Shown one piece after another: positions 1 through 15,710 of a stretch of DNA of 64,000 nucleotides. Each line of letters begins with the position of its first letter. Position 1 is the first letter of the stretch. The DNA comes from Eledone cirrhosa. Taxonomy: Eukaryota. Location of the stretch: NCBI GenBank assembly GCA_964016885.1, contig OZ024741.1:326058001-326122000 (forward strand), in the 5' to 3' direction. The position numbers and the translations under genes are program-made. Under the pieces are notes generated by a model. That model was not told the DNA's origin, searched no databases, and saw only the letters and a program-made list of their open reading frames with translations.

Positions 1-2052
<2,052 letters not shown>

Positions 2053-2964
2053 GTGGTTCAGTAGATTCGTGGTATATAGAGGAATGTATATATTAATAAC
2101 AAAGCCTGGTTTCACATTAAGGTCTTTCTTGATTATACACACTAGCAGAAAAACCACCTCTCGGGTGGTTTTCTACTAACATGTATAGTGTGTATATTGA
2201 TATTATACATGTAGATATGATACATCAAATAAAATCGTAATTGATAATATACACAGAAATTGAACGAAGACTGTGTTACACTATCTTATGTAATCAGTAA
2301 CGTAATCCATGATACATTAAAAAAAGACGATATTATATATATAAACTGCATTAGGAGAAAATTAGTGACGGAAATATATGAATGTTTATTTAAGCGATCG
2401 CTAACCGGAAGTGTTGACATTTGAAAATTTTAAAGAAGTGAATCTTTAAATAAACAATAAAATATATTTAATCAACAGCCACGAAATTTAGTAGATAAAT
2501 TATGTAATATTCATTCATTAATTATTCAAAGTAATCCAACTTATTTTACTAATGGGATAAAAAATTATAAACCTTACGCAGTCCCGCACTCCTTACTTTA
2601 TTATAGTTTAGATTTACGACGGCTTCACAGATAGATGGCTCAGGATCTATGTAATTGCGAGAGAGCCGACTCCGGCCCGATCTGCTTATCAGACGTGTGA
2701 ATCAATCAAAATCAAAATCTCATCTGACTCTATTTAGACGCACTACTACGCGAGCCAGATAATGTTGCCGGGTGTTGCAGATAGGGTGGTGGTATTAAGG
2801 ATAGGTAGGCGAAGGGGTCTTCTGCTTCAATGGCTATCAATGCCAGATTCGAAGATATCACCATCCCTACAGACAACCACACCAGCAACAGTCAATCCGT
2901 ACACAGACCTAGGTCAAATAACGATGTTCACTTAACTTTTCGTTCGTTGTTGTACTAATTATCA

Positions 2965-3490
2965 TTCGGTCAGCATAGAGTAATAGCTCTTTACATTCTG
3001 AGTTCAAATCTCGCTGATGTTTACTTTGACTTTCATCCTTACAGGTTCGTTAAAATAAAGTACCAGTAATGCACTGGGGTAACTGCTGGTCTTGTGCCAA
3101 AGTAGAAACAATTATCATTATTATTAGGGTGGTGGATTGACAGTATTGGTAGAGGGTCGGACGCCATGCTTTGACGTATAGAGTTACGACCCTTTACGTT
3201 CTGAGTCGAAATCCTGCCGAGGTTAGCTTCGCCTTTCATCCTTACGTGGTCGATAAAATAAAGTACCAGTAATGTACTGAGTAATTGCTGGTCTTGTGCC
3301 AAAAGTAGAAACAATTACTATTAGCGTGATGGATTGGCAGTATCGGTAAAGCGTCGTATAACATGCACTGTGGCATAGGGTTACGGCCCTTTACGTTCTG
3401 AGTTCAAATCCTGCCGAGGTTAGCTTTGCCTTTCATCCTTACAGGGGTCGATAAAATACAGTGGGTTGATTCAATCGACATCCCTTCCCT
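2965..3490 (+). mobile_element. Three tandem tRNA-derived SINE copies (~2965-3112, 3131-3316, 3328-3490)
   Basis: A-box tggcagtatcggtaga, B-box gagttcaaatcc, core gcctttcatccttac..gtcgataaaataaagtaccag, tail gtgccaaagtagaaacaatta. Confidence 0.85.
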
Positions 3491-4347
3491 AAATTGGAGA
3501 CGGGTACAATATGGAATCCGATATGTAGTAAACTTTTATACAATGGCTTGTAGCTTTTGTCAGCTGAATTAGTGCTATTTCAAAAATATCACCAGAACTA
3601 TTTAGTAATCACTTGGCACACTCAAAAGAAATTAATATAGGAGAAAATTTAATAAGCAAATAAACAAATAAATTAGACTACATTATATGAACATTTTATA
3701 GCTTGTTTGTTTGTTGGTGTGAGTGAGTTTTATTTTTTCGTAGGCTTTTGAGAGTTGTTCTACCTTCATTTGTTTGTTTGTTCTTCCATTAACATTTTTA
3801 TTTTAAAGTTATTTTGTATAATATTTATTTAATTAGTGAACATTATTCGAAATAATTAGTGAAAACCTATAAAAGTAGAAACAATGATAACAACAAAACA
3901 ACAATAAAATCAAAACACTAAACTAACATGGAAACTGGCTGTTGTGTTGCAGTTCCTTTGGTTGTGATTATTATTCATTATTTCTTTCTTTCTTTATTTA
4001 TTAATTTGTTTGTTTATTTGTTTATATATATATATATATTATTTTTATTTCGATACTAATCAATATCTTGAAAACTTCTAAAACACATTTATTTGTTGTT
4101 ATTTTGTTGAAGTGGTTCGTGATGATGGTGATGTTTTATGTTACACACACTTTGGTCGTGGCTGACACTTCATAATTTTTCATTATCTATTTATCTATCT
4201 ATCTATATTTTTTCATCATTCTTTTCCATTTCTCGCTATTCTCTTTCTTCTTTTATTTACAACTTCTTTCTTTTTTCTTCGAGGAGTTGACGGTTCTTCG
4301 TCTGCAACAATGTACCTCATACCCTATCTTTCCCCTCTCTCCTTCAA

Positions 4348-4640
4348 TGGCGAAAAGTGTGGCTTACTGGTTAGGCTGTTCCACTTACGATTGCATACAT
4401 GTAAGTTCCATTTTCGGACCATACTAAGTTTCCCCTTACTCTAGTCGTCTCAGCTGGGAACAATAAATTATGTCTGAAATTCAAAGGGTCGCCTTGTCAC
4501 ACACTGTGTTACGTATAATTACCCTGACAACTACATTAACGGCATATGTCACTGTTGTCGAATCCTCTGCTACTTGTACGTTAGTTTAACAAGCAGACTG
4601 ATCCGCATATGAAACACCTGGTGTTATCGTCGTTGGCATA
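4348..4640 (+). mobile_element. Old tRNA-derived SINE (second family)
   Basis: gtgtggcttactggttagg head; body similar to 12977-13265 and 56325-56900. Confidence 0.5.
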
Positions 4641-5535
4641 AACGGAAGTCAAAAAATAATTAATGCTCACAAAGACACACACACACACATAGACATATAT
4701 ATGAATATATATATATATATACTCATAGATATCCACAAACATATGCACACGATCAGAGAGACAAACATGTCCATACACGTACAGAAACACAGGCATACAT
4801 GCAGATATACGGAAAGAAACAAACAGACCTATGCCGATGCCCATACACATGCGCATACATAATATTCAATAAGCAGGGATTCATAAACACATTTACATAC
4901 ACATACTCAAACACGAACTTGACAGACATCCATATATACATATAAACGCAAGCAAACGTAGAAACAGAGTATATATACATACACACGTACACAAGAACAA
5001 ATGCGCACAAAAACACATATTCATAGACATACAAGGATCATTACAAAATCAGTAAAATATTCATACATAGAGACACAGGCATATATATACAGATCAGATC
5101 CATATACACGCCTGCACAGGGATATATGTGTATGTTTCGTTCCGTAGCTCCTGGTGGATTCAGTGTTTCTAGATCATTCTTGAAGCATATTCAGCAATTT
5201 CCTCTCCAGGTCTTTCAGAGAAGGACTGAAAGGGATAGAGATGAGGTGAGAAAGAGCTATGGAGGTGAATCGACCTCCGTACTAGGCTGTTACTTTTTGT
5301 CCACCTCGAATGGATGAAAGGCAAAGTTGACCCCAGCAAAGAATACCGCAAAACATTATATACAATGTTCGAATGACTCTGCCAATTCGCCACCTATACG
5401 CAGGCATATATGCATACACACGTAGATACTTATACATATACAAACACTTACCTTCGCAAAATCATGTTTGTCAGCTGATTGAACTGGTGCAAACTAAATA
5501 TAGCTTTACCGGGAATCAGACTCACGAAATAACTG

Positions 5536-5700
5536 TTTCTACTTTTGGCACAAGGCCAGCAATTACTGGTACTTTATTTTATCGACCCTGTAAGGATGAA
5601 AGGCAAAGTTAACCTCGGCGGGATTTGAACTCAGACCATAAAGGGACGTAACTATGCTGGAAAGCATGGTGTCCGATCGTCTACCGATACTGCCGAGTCG
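5536..5700 (-). mobile_element. tRNA-derived SINE
   Basis: Near-identical to the copy at 16562-16742. Confidence 0.9.
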
Positions 5701-6469
5701 AACAATCAAACGAAAAACCATGCATGTATATACAAACTGACAAACACGCACCATCGCACACAGACGTATGCAAACAGACACACAAGCAGATACATTCCCA
5801 CATGCATACAGACATACGCACATACAGATACTCACACATAATCCCACAAAAATACACACACAAGCATATAAACAGGCATACACACAAGTCACACATACAA
5901 ACACATATCTAACCGGACTTACACATACAGAGACACCTCCCCCACCACACACAAACCCAACATGTGCAATGAAATACACACTCAACACATTGCACAATTC
6001 GACAATGCAAAGAAGGTCTTGTTTGACAATGAAACCTTTTTAGTTGTACTTGTTGATGTTGTTGTTGTTGTTGATACTTTTCTGGTTATTGTTGTCGCTG
6101 TTATTGTTGCTATTAAATTGTTATTGTTGCTGTTAAATTGTTATTGTTATAGCAATAACAATAGCAACAACACCAAAGATAACATCATCAACAGCAGCAG
6201 CAGCACCACCACCACCAGCACCACCACCAACAACAACAACAAAGACAATATCAACAACATTAACAACCACAACAACAGCTATATTAACAAGAACAATATC
6301 AACAAATGATAATGGCTGTATAATAGTAGCAATTCAAATATAATGTAATGGAACAATTATAACACACCTACCCACCGCGACTTATCCACCAAACATATTT
6401 TATCTCTCCTACGCCCTTCCTTCTCCCTCACTATTTCTCTCTCCTTTTCAATATCTCTTTTCCCTCCCT

Positions 6470-7015
6470 TGCTCATTCTTTCTCACTGTTTCTTTCTGTC
6501 TCTCCCTTTCCCTCTTTCTCTCTCTTTTCACTATCTCTCTCTTTCACTCTCTTTTCACTATCTCTCTCTTTCTCTCTCTTTTCACTACCTCTCTCTCTTT
6601 CTCTACCCTATCCCCCCTCTCTGTCTTGTCCTCTTTCTTTCTCTCTTTTCACTATCTCTCTCTCTTTCTCTCTCTTTTCACTATTTCTCTATCTTTCTCT
6701 CTCCTCTCCCCCTCTCTGTCTCACCTTCTTTCTTTCTCTCTTTTCACTATCTCTCTCTCTTTCTCCCCCCCCCCTGTCTTGCCTTCTTTCTTTCTCTCTT
6801 TTCACTATCTCTCTCTCTCTCTTTCTCTCTCCAACTGCCCCTCCCTGTCTTGCCTTCTTTCTTTCTCTCTTTTCACTATATCTCTCTCTTTCTCTCCCCC
6901 TACCTCCCTCTATGTCTTGTTCTCTTTCTTTCTCTCTTATCACTATCTCTCTCTCTCTTTCTCTCCCCTTATCTCCCTTTGTCTCACTCTTCACTCTCTT
7001 GCTCCCCACCTCTCT
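6470..7015. repeat. CT-rich minisatellite (ttttcactatctctctct units)
   Basis: Motif repeated many times. Confidence 0.9.
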
Positions 7016-7109
7016 TAACATTAATTTTGCAAATGGGTTCCTCTAGTGCCAATAGGGAAATTAAAATGGAATAATTGCTGAGAAGTTCATTTTAACTTGT
7101 GGGTAGACG

Positions 7110-7700
7110 GAATGTGTGTATGTGTATATATGTGAATGGGTATATGTGTGTATATATATATATGTGTGTGTGTATGTATATGTATGTGTGTATATATATA
7201 TATGTGTGTATGCATATGTATGTGTGTATATATATGTGTGTGTATGTATGTATATGTATGTGTGTGTGTTTGTGTGTGTAAGTTAATGTTTATATGTGCA
7301 TGTATATATATATGTGTATGTATATGTGTGTATATGTGAATATGTGTATGGATGTGTGTAAGTGTGTGTGTATGTATGTGTGTGTGTATATATATGTGAA
7401 TGTCTGTGTGTATATGTGTAAGGGTATAGGTGTGTGTACGTGTGTGTATGTGTGTATGTAAGTGCATATGTGTGTGTATGTATGTGCGTGTGTATATGTG
7501 TGTGCATGTGTATATATATATATGTGAATGTGTGTGTGTATGTCTGTGTGTATATGTGTAAGGGCATGGGTGTGTGTACGTGTGTGTAGGTGTGTATGTA
7601 AGTGCATATATGTGTGTATGTATGTGCGTGTGTATATGTGTGTGCATGTGTATATATATGTGAGTGTGTGTATGTGTGTGTGTGTGTGTGTGTGTCTGAG
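7110..7700. repeat. Degenerate (GT/AT)n low-complexity tract with an internal ~125-bp duplication
   Basis: tgtgtaagggtataggtg at ~7415 and tgtgtaagggcatgggtg at ~7555. Confidence 0.85.
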
Positions 7701-7932
7701 TGTTTCTGTGATGTCTTTTTATTCAAAAATTAACATTTGTCTCATGTTATGAATATTAACAACGAAACAAACAAATACGCAAATAAAATTGAACTCATTC
7801 AAACACTGACCACGGTTGTAATAAAATCGATAAATCATCAGTGAAAATACTTTGCGCTCATGTAGGTTCGGGTTTATTTTCGTATGTCACTTTTCAGTTA
7901 TCGATAGAAGTGTTAGTCGCTAAAATAATGAT

Positions 7933-8062
7933 TTCTACTATAGGCACAGGGCCAGCAATCTTTGGGGAGGGGAAGGTCGATTAAATCGACCCCATTACAT
8001 TACTGGTACTTTATTTTATCGACCCCGCAAGGAATGAAAGTCAAAGTTAACCACGGTAGGAT
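7933..8062 (-). mobile_element. SINE 3' fragment
   Basis: tttctactataggcacagggcc..tactggtactttattttatcgacccc. Confidence 0.75.
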
Positions 8063-8470
8063 TTTTCAAACAATTAATCACAGTCAGTATTTTACATTAT
8101 AATAAAATGCAAGTAAATTTATTTCCCATGCCACTATCATAAATGAAATTTAAGGGTCAATCCGTCTCGTGATCCCTTCCCGGCGAATAGAATAGAGAAG
8201 TCATTGTCCCGGAGGATGACGAGAGAGACGTACTGGAAGAGCCAGCCACATTCAATGTGATGCGTTCAAAGTGCTGTTTTCTGCTTTTTTGCAACAATGT
8301 TTGTTAATGCGGTTTCGGGTGGTACAGGATGTTAAAATTTAAAACGGTGATTGACGCTTGATCCATGGCCAGAGTTCAATAACGGACACTAGTGAATGAA
8401 TAGAGAATCTGAAGTAATTTGAACACCTTTTTTTCACAGTGTATTAATTACATAACAGGACTAGCTGGAT

Positions 8471-8549
8471 GAAGAAGAAGAAGAAGAAGAAGAAGAAGAA
8501 GAAGAAGAAAAGGAAAAAGAAGAAGAAGAAGAAGAAGAAGAAGAAGAAG

Positions 8550-8581
<32 letters not shown>

Positions 8582-8589
8582 GAAGAAGA
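8471..8589. repeat. (GAA)n microsatellite
   Basis: Direct reading. Confidence 0.95.
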
Positions 8590-10644
8590 CATAATCAATG
8601 TATATCATGCTTGTATTGTTTTTGAAAGACAAACGTTAATTTGTTGTATTGTTCCTGCTATAATATAATTTACTATACTACACACTCAGACACACACACA
8701 CACTCACACGTTCACACGCACACACACACACACACACATACATACACACAGACATACACATGAAAGGAATTAATGAATTTCATGTCAACAGCGAACTATT
8801 GAATAAGAAAGCATTTGTTTTAGCATACCACCATACTTCGTATCTTTAACGTAAACTTCTGCAGACTAAGTACGACACTGTATGTGTAAGTGTGTGTGTG
8901 TGTGTGTATAAGTGTGTGTGTATAATTGTGTGTGACTATAAGTGTGTGTTTCTGTATGTATACAAGTATGTATCTGTGTATGTATGCATATGTACGTTTG
9001 AGAGCGAGAACGAGAGATAGAGATAGCGATAAGAGAAAGAGAAGGGGAGAAAGAGAGTGAGGTGTAGGAAGGAGGTGTGTGTGTGTATGTGTGTGTGTGT
9101 GTGTTTGAGAGAGAGAGAGAGAGAGATTAATAGCCTTTTGACATATCAACAACCTTATTAGGTTACTCTATTGCAGGGAATTAATACAGTTTGAACATAA
9201 GCAGGATATATTTAATAGCAACTAGAATAAATTGAGGGGGAAGACAGGGTATTTTCTTCAGTAAAGTTCAAAGTAAATATTCACCCACATTTCTATCTGT
9301 TCATAGGTCTCTGTGATTATTATTCTAGATGTGCACTTTAACGTTGAAGCTTCCTTGATGGATGTTAAACCACTTTCTATTTATCGAAGATCTTTTCACT
9401 ATTGTCTATATGGAGCCTATTATGTGGATTAGCAGAGTCTGTAGTCATTAATACATATTCTGACAATTTCCTGAAATATATTTCAAACAGTCTCTAGCGA
9501 TTGATAGTTCTTTACTGAACGCTGCACGAACATTACACTTGGCAGCAAAAAGAAGGTCTGAAGCAATGCTTCTCAAGATTGTGAGTGGATCTTCAGAACG
9601 GAGCCTATACACTCTGTTTATACTAACTTTATCAGTTCATGGGGGTGAGGGTAGGGGTGTACGTGATGTTTCTTTGAAAATGGATGTGGAGCCTGAGACT
9701 CAAATGGTTGAAAAACTCAGTTCTGAACTATCTGAGTTGGAGAAACCATACTCATTCTTCTGCAGGACTGACTCTCACAAAGGTCATTTCTGAACAACTG
9801 TTTTGAAGTTACTCTAAAGATGTGTTGCATTTGATGTTCTACGTGTTCCTGTAATCTGTTTGATGGCAATGGGTTCTGGGCTTGCAACCTTTGACATCTA
9901 ACTGACATACACAAAGCATTCACCCTGAATAATAAGCTTTCCCATTTGAATGTGTACACAATACAACGCCACCTGTTAGAAACGGCTTCCAAAACCTCCC
10001 CATAATCACACCCAGCCTTGTAAAATACAGAAGGATATATCTATCTATGTTATAATACAGGAGGGCGGTGAATTGTTCGTTAGGGTGTCGGGATTGTTAC
10101 GCTCTAAGCCCCTTTGTAAAATTCCGCAGAGGTTAACTTTGCCTTTCAAGGCCTAAAAATATAGTGGCTGTTCACCATTTGGGCTGATTCTTCATCTATC
10201 TTTCTATCAATTTCTGTCTCAGGAAGAAATCGTCTGTTCCGACATGGAGAGGAATGGGCTCTGTCAGGTTTATAATGCCCAAGATAGCGTCATTGACGAC
10301 GACTCTATGATTCCAATCAGGATTTATTATTTGATTTGATTATAGGTCTGTTTGAACATCGCATCTGATATGAAATTGATTAATAAAGGCAAGACAACAG
10401 AGAAATTTCCACAAAACTGAATCTGCATCATTGAAATTGAGAGACAAAATAAAAAAAGAAGCTCCGAATCACTGATAGATTCATATCAGCGCCGTCGACT
10501 CACACAGCGTGTCGTGAAAATTTAATTCTGACGGAGACCATCCATCACCAACATTTAACACGGAAGATTTCGTCGAGCAAATGTGAGAGAGTGAGAGAGA
10601 AAGAGAGAGAGAGAACTGAGAAAGAGATTTAGAGAAAGAATTCA

Positions 10645-10790
10645 CCCAACTCCAGTATTACACGGATACTTTATTTATCGACCTCGAAAAAATGAAAAGC
10701 AAAGTTAACTACGACAAGATTTGAACTCAGAGAGCTGGAACAAATACCACGAAGCATTCTATCTGATGTTCTAACGAATCCTCCAGCATG
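10645..10790 (-). mobile_element. Diverged SINE
   Basis: tactttatttatcgacctc..atgaaaagcaaagttaac..atttgaactcag. Confidence 0.65.
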
Positions 10791-11324
10791 AAACCATTTA
10801 GTGACAGAAAAATCATCAATATAAAGGAATCCTTATATTTTTGATATACACAATTACTACAGTTTGAAAAAAAAGTTGGGGACGTTATAATGATTTACCT
10901 TTATTCCTGTCAATGCGAGAGAACAGCCTCCGCAGGTATTTATCTGAAATTTCTTCTTTATATTTTATGTGGGTTGGAGGAAGAGGAAGAGGAGGAGAAG
11001 TATCGATATTTTTTCTTTCTATTATGCCAGCTCTTTCTTTTCTGTCGTCGAGTATAATTAATCAACTCGCCCAACCCTTACATCGTAACAATCCGAAATT
11101 GTAAGAAAAAAAAAAAGATCCTCTTATCAAAGTTTCACAGGAAGAGGAATAAAGGAATAAATAAGAAGAAAAACGCAATAGATGTTCATTCATAAAGCCA
11201 AAGTGCCAAACGATGTAGAAAAAAGGAGGAGGTTGTGGCCAATAGGTGTAGGGAGTAGGAGTAGGTATGGGAGTAAAAGAATGAGCAATATTGTTAACGT
11301 GACATTATAAAATGTGGCGTGGAA

Positions 11325-11845
<521 letters not shown>

Positions 11846-12228
11846 GTGAGATGTCAATAGGCAAGGGGAAATGTCAAAGTATCTGTAACAGTTTACTCCC
11901 TTTAATTTGGTGGCGATTCAATATGAAGAAGGAAGGAAACATTTTATCGCCTCTATCCTTTCTTCTAGAATCCAGTGAAACAAGTCTTACAACCTGGATT
12001 CCATAACTATGTAATTTCTTTACTCACTCGATAAAACTGTGTGATTTTCAGGAAAGTGTAAATATGTATATGAACATATATTAGAGAGCGTAACGTTGTT
12101 TTGTGTGTAAGTATGTATGCATGTGTATATGTATATATGCATATATATATATATTTATGTGTGCGTGTGCGTGTGTGTGAATGTGTGTGTTAGTGCGTGT
12201 GTGTATATATAACTGTATATACATACAT

Positions 12229-12324
<96 letters not shown>

Positions 12325-12325
<1 letters not shown>

Positions 12326-12426
12326 AAAACAAAAACTAAACAAAACTAAAGAATGGAAAAGGAAACGCACATACACAACCAAATATATATACTGACACAT
12401 ATATACACACATATATGTGTATATAT

Positions 12427-12498
<72 letters not shown>

Positions 12499-12587
12499 GT
12501 GTGTATATATATGTGTCAGTATATATATATTTGGTTGTGTATGTGCGTTTCCTTTTCCATTGTTTAGTTTTGTTTAGTTTTTGTTTT
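12325..12587. repeat. Fold-back inverted duplication centred on (TA)n
   Basis: aaaaacaaaaactaaacaaaactaaagaatggaaaaggaaacgcacatacacaacc is mirrored by ggttgtgtatgtgcgtttccttttccattgtttagttttgtttagtttttgtttt. Confidence 0.9.
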
Positions 12588-12976
12588 CATTTTGTCTGCA
12601 TCATGTTATGATTTACCAGTGTGTGTATCGTTGGGCTGTATATGTGTGTGTGTGTGTATCATTGTGCTGTGTGTATGGTATGTGTTTGTTCGTGTGTGTG
12701 TGTGTGTGGGGGGGGGGGGGTTGTGTGTGTGTGTGTGTGTGTGTGTGTATCATTGTGCTGCGTGTGTTTCATCAAATTGTGTGATTTCCTGGACAATGTA
12801 AATATGAATATGAACGTATCCGTTAGTGTGTAACGTTGTGACGTATGTGTGTTACATTATGGTATGGTGTTGTCTATGTGTAGGTTGGACAGTTCTGTAG
12901 AAATGGGAATTACCAAAGTATTAAAAAAGTATAGGAAATTATGCAGGTGTGAATAAATATACAAGTAGTTTCAAGA

Positions 12977-13265
12977 CGGCGCGTGGCTTAGTTGTTAGTC
13001 GGTTCAATCTTCACTCGAAGTTCGGGAGTTCGTTACCCGACTTCGTTTTGTGTCTTTCCTTGAGTAAATCATTTTATTCGCATTTCTCCAGTCAATTCAG
13101 CAGGAAAAATGATGGTTATCAGTAATTCAAGAGGACAACCTCGTCATATACTGCGCCACAGTTAAACGTCTTAACAAGTATGTTCATGCTGCACATGCCT
13201 GATGAGTAAATACGAGCTGGCAGTTACTACGATATTATAACGAACGGCGTTTTATGAGATCTAAC
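12977..13265 (+). mobile_element. tRNA-derived SINE (second family)
   Basis: ggcgcgtggcttagttgttag A-box; ggagttcgttaccc B-box. Confidence 0.6.
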
Positions 13266-13301
13266 ATACACAGACATGGATGTATGGATAGATATATATG
13301 T

Positions 13302-13560
13302 ATATTGTTATACTTTGGGAGAGTAATGTTGACGAAAGAACTTTGACAATATATGAACAACCGTCCGGTTGTGGAACCGACCAACCAACCGGAAATTTAT
13401 AAATTTTTAAATTTATAATTTAATTTATAATAAATTGGAGTGAAACAACTAGTGCGTGTGTTTCTTATTGGCAACATTACTCTCCCAAAGTATAACAATA
13501 TCGGTTTCAACACACGTTTTCAGATAAAGAATCTTGCTAAACAAATTCAGAAACGATATA
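13302..13560 (+). mobile_element. PLE 3' terminus fragment (family of 30092-32682) with short inverted head
   Basis: Matches 32513-32682 and the reverse complement of 30092-30320; tattgttatactttgggagagtaatgttg is inverted at 13472-13500; flanked by TA. Confidence 0.85.
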
Positions 13561-14241
13561 TATATGAATCACTAGAGTGATTTGGCTTCGTTCCAGTCAC
13601 CCATCTTGACGGCGACCCTCTCTCCCTATCTATCTCTAAGCCACCCATTACCTCCCGTTCCCTCTTCGCCCATTCCACCTCACTCATCTTGAAGCTATTG
13701 AAGAGATAAGACACTCTATTCTGAAAGGCTAAAATGAATCACTAGAGTTGATTTGGCTTCGTTCCAGTCATCCATCCATACACATTTTTCGAAGGTATTT
13801 AGCTCCCTACCTCACAGCCAATTATTATTCTCCTACCATACTGACTCTGTCTATTTTTCCTCGTCTCTGTCTATTTTCCTATCAAAGGCTTCAGGCCATG
13901 ACGCTACTATTATTATTAATATCATTGTTGATGTATTAATATTATTGTTGATGTATTCTATCGGCTATTTTTGCCATGCCGCGACCCTCTCTCTCTATGA
14001 TGGCTATCCCCCCCTCTTTATCTATCTCTCTATGATGGCTACCCTCTCTCTATCTACCTCTAAGCCATCCATTACCTCCCGTTCCCTCTTCGCCCATGAA
14101 TCACTAGAGTGATTTGGCTTCGTTCCAGTCACCCATCTTGACGGCGACCCTCTCTCCCTACCTCACTTTTCCCTCCCATCCACCGCCTCACACCACCATA
14201 GCCTATTCGACCAATCAAACCTCAGTATGCCATTTCTTCTG

Positions 14242-14293
<52 letters not shown>

Positions 14294-14617
14294 ATAACTA
14301 ACTCTCTCCTCCCCTGTCCCAGCCCAACACACCCTGCCATTATCCCACCACCACTGTTCTTCTAGCCCTCAATTTTCCTACCGTTATGGATGGATGAGCT
14401 GAGAATAAATTTGAGCAACTCTGAATCAATAGATGAAATATGAATCTGCGAGCTACCAAGCACCCATGTGAAGCGCCAATCCAGAGACTCTTCCCTACGA
14501 GTGTCGACAAATGCCCAAAACTCCGAGTGGGTACCATCAATGTAGGCTCAATGAAAGGAAGAGCAGGAGAAATCGTAGAAATGCTAGAGCGAGCGAAAGC
14601 AAATTGATGTATGCTGT

Positions 14618-15316
14618 GTGCAAGAGACTAGATGGAGAGGAGAGTCTGCTAGAGTCCTTGTAGGAAAAAGTCGGTGCTACAAATTTTTCTGGGTGGGAAA
14701 TGACGATGGGATGGGTGGTGTAGGTATACTACTAGCTGACAAGTGGATAGATAAAGTAATCTCAGTGTACAGGGTAAATGCAAGAATCATTAAACTAAGA
14801 CTAGTCCTGAATAAAACAATTACCACAATAATATCAGCTTACGCACTCCAATCGGGGCTGCCAGACGAACTTAAGGATAGGTTTTACGAGTCCCTAGTGC
14901 ACACTACTGCTCTAACAGACGACAATGACCTCCTAATCATCGCAGGAGATTTTGACGGACACGTAGGTAAACACTGCGATGGCTTCAATAGAATACATGG
15001 AGGCCATGGGGTTGGCACAAGAAATGAGGAAGGATTGAGACTTATAGAATTCTGCGACGCCAATGACATGTCGATATGTAACACACACTTTAAAAAACCC
15101 AACAACCACCTGATCACCTATAGATCAGGGGAGCACTCTAGTCAGATAGATTTTAACTTCATCAGAGGACGTGACAGATGGACGGTCGTAAACACAAACG
15201 CCTTCCCTAGTGAGGAATGTACATCCCAACATAGCTTAGTTGTCAGCGACCTCACAGTCAGAACTAGACGACCTGGAAACAGAGGCCAACTTGGAGAAGA
15301 AAGATCTGGAAGCTGA
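14618..15316 (+). pseudogene. RTE apurinic-like endonuclease ORF remnant
   Basis: EEP-family motifs in the ORF translation; frameshifts on both sides. Confidence 0.9.
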
Positions 15317-15710
15317 AAGACCCCTCAACCAGTAACAGAGTTAAAGATATTTTACTCAACGCCTACGACAGTAAAGAAGAACAGATAGAGACATTCAATG
15401 TAGAAGAGAACTGGGAGTTCCTAAAAAATAACTTACTAGAGGCGACGGATGAGGTCTGTGGTTGGAGTAAGACCTCAAGCAGGAGGAGAGTGACTTGGTG
15501 GTGGAACAATAAGGTAGATGAGGCTGTTAAGGCCAAAAGACAGGCATGGAAAGAATGGAAGAACGGGGGGAGCAGGGTACATTATATAGAGACCAAGAGG
15601 GAAGCTAGGCGACAAGTATACTTAGCTAGGAGGGAAGCAGAGGATAGAAAATTCAAGCATGTTTTGCAACGTGAGGACCAGAAACAGGAGGTGTTCAAGA
15701 TTGCGAGGCA

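Noticed and set aside
2730-2910. Possible minus-strand exon (LAL..EDPFAYLSLIPPPYLQHP)
   Set aside because: Frame and splice sites inconsistent; no recognisable homology
3131-3230. tRNA genes at A/B-box sequences
   Set aside because: No cloverleaf; followed by SINE body and tail
8150-8415. Possible minus-strand exon in a GC-richer island
   Set aside because: Stops in all frames examined; unsupported
10222-10340. Possible plus-strand exon after a ctcag acceptor
   Set aside because: Short, with no homology or partner exons
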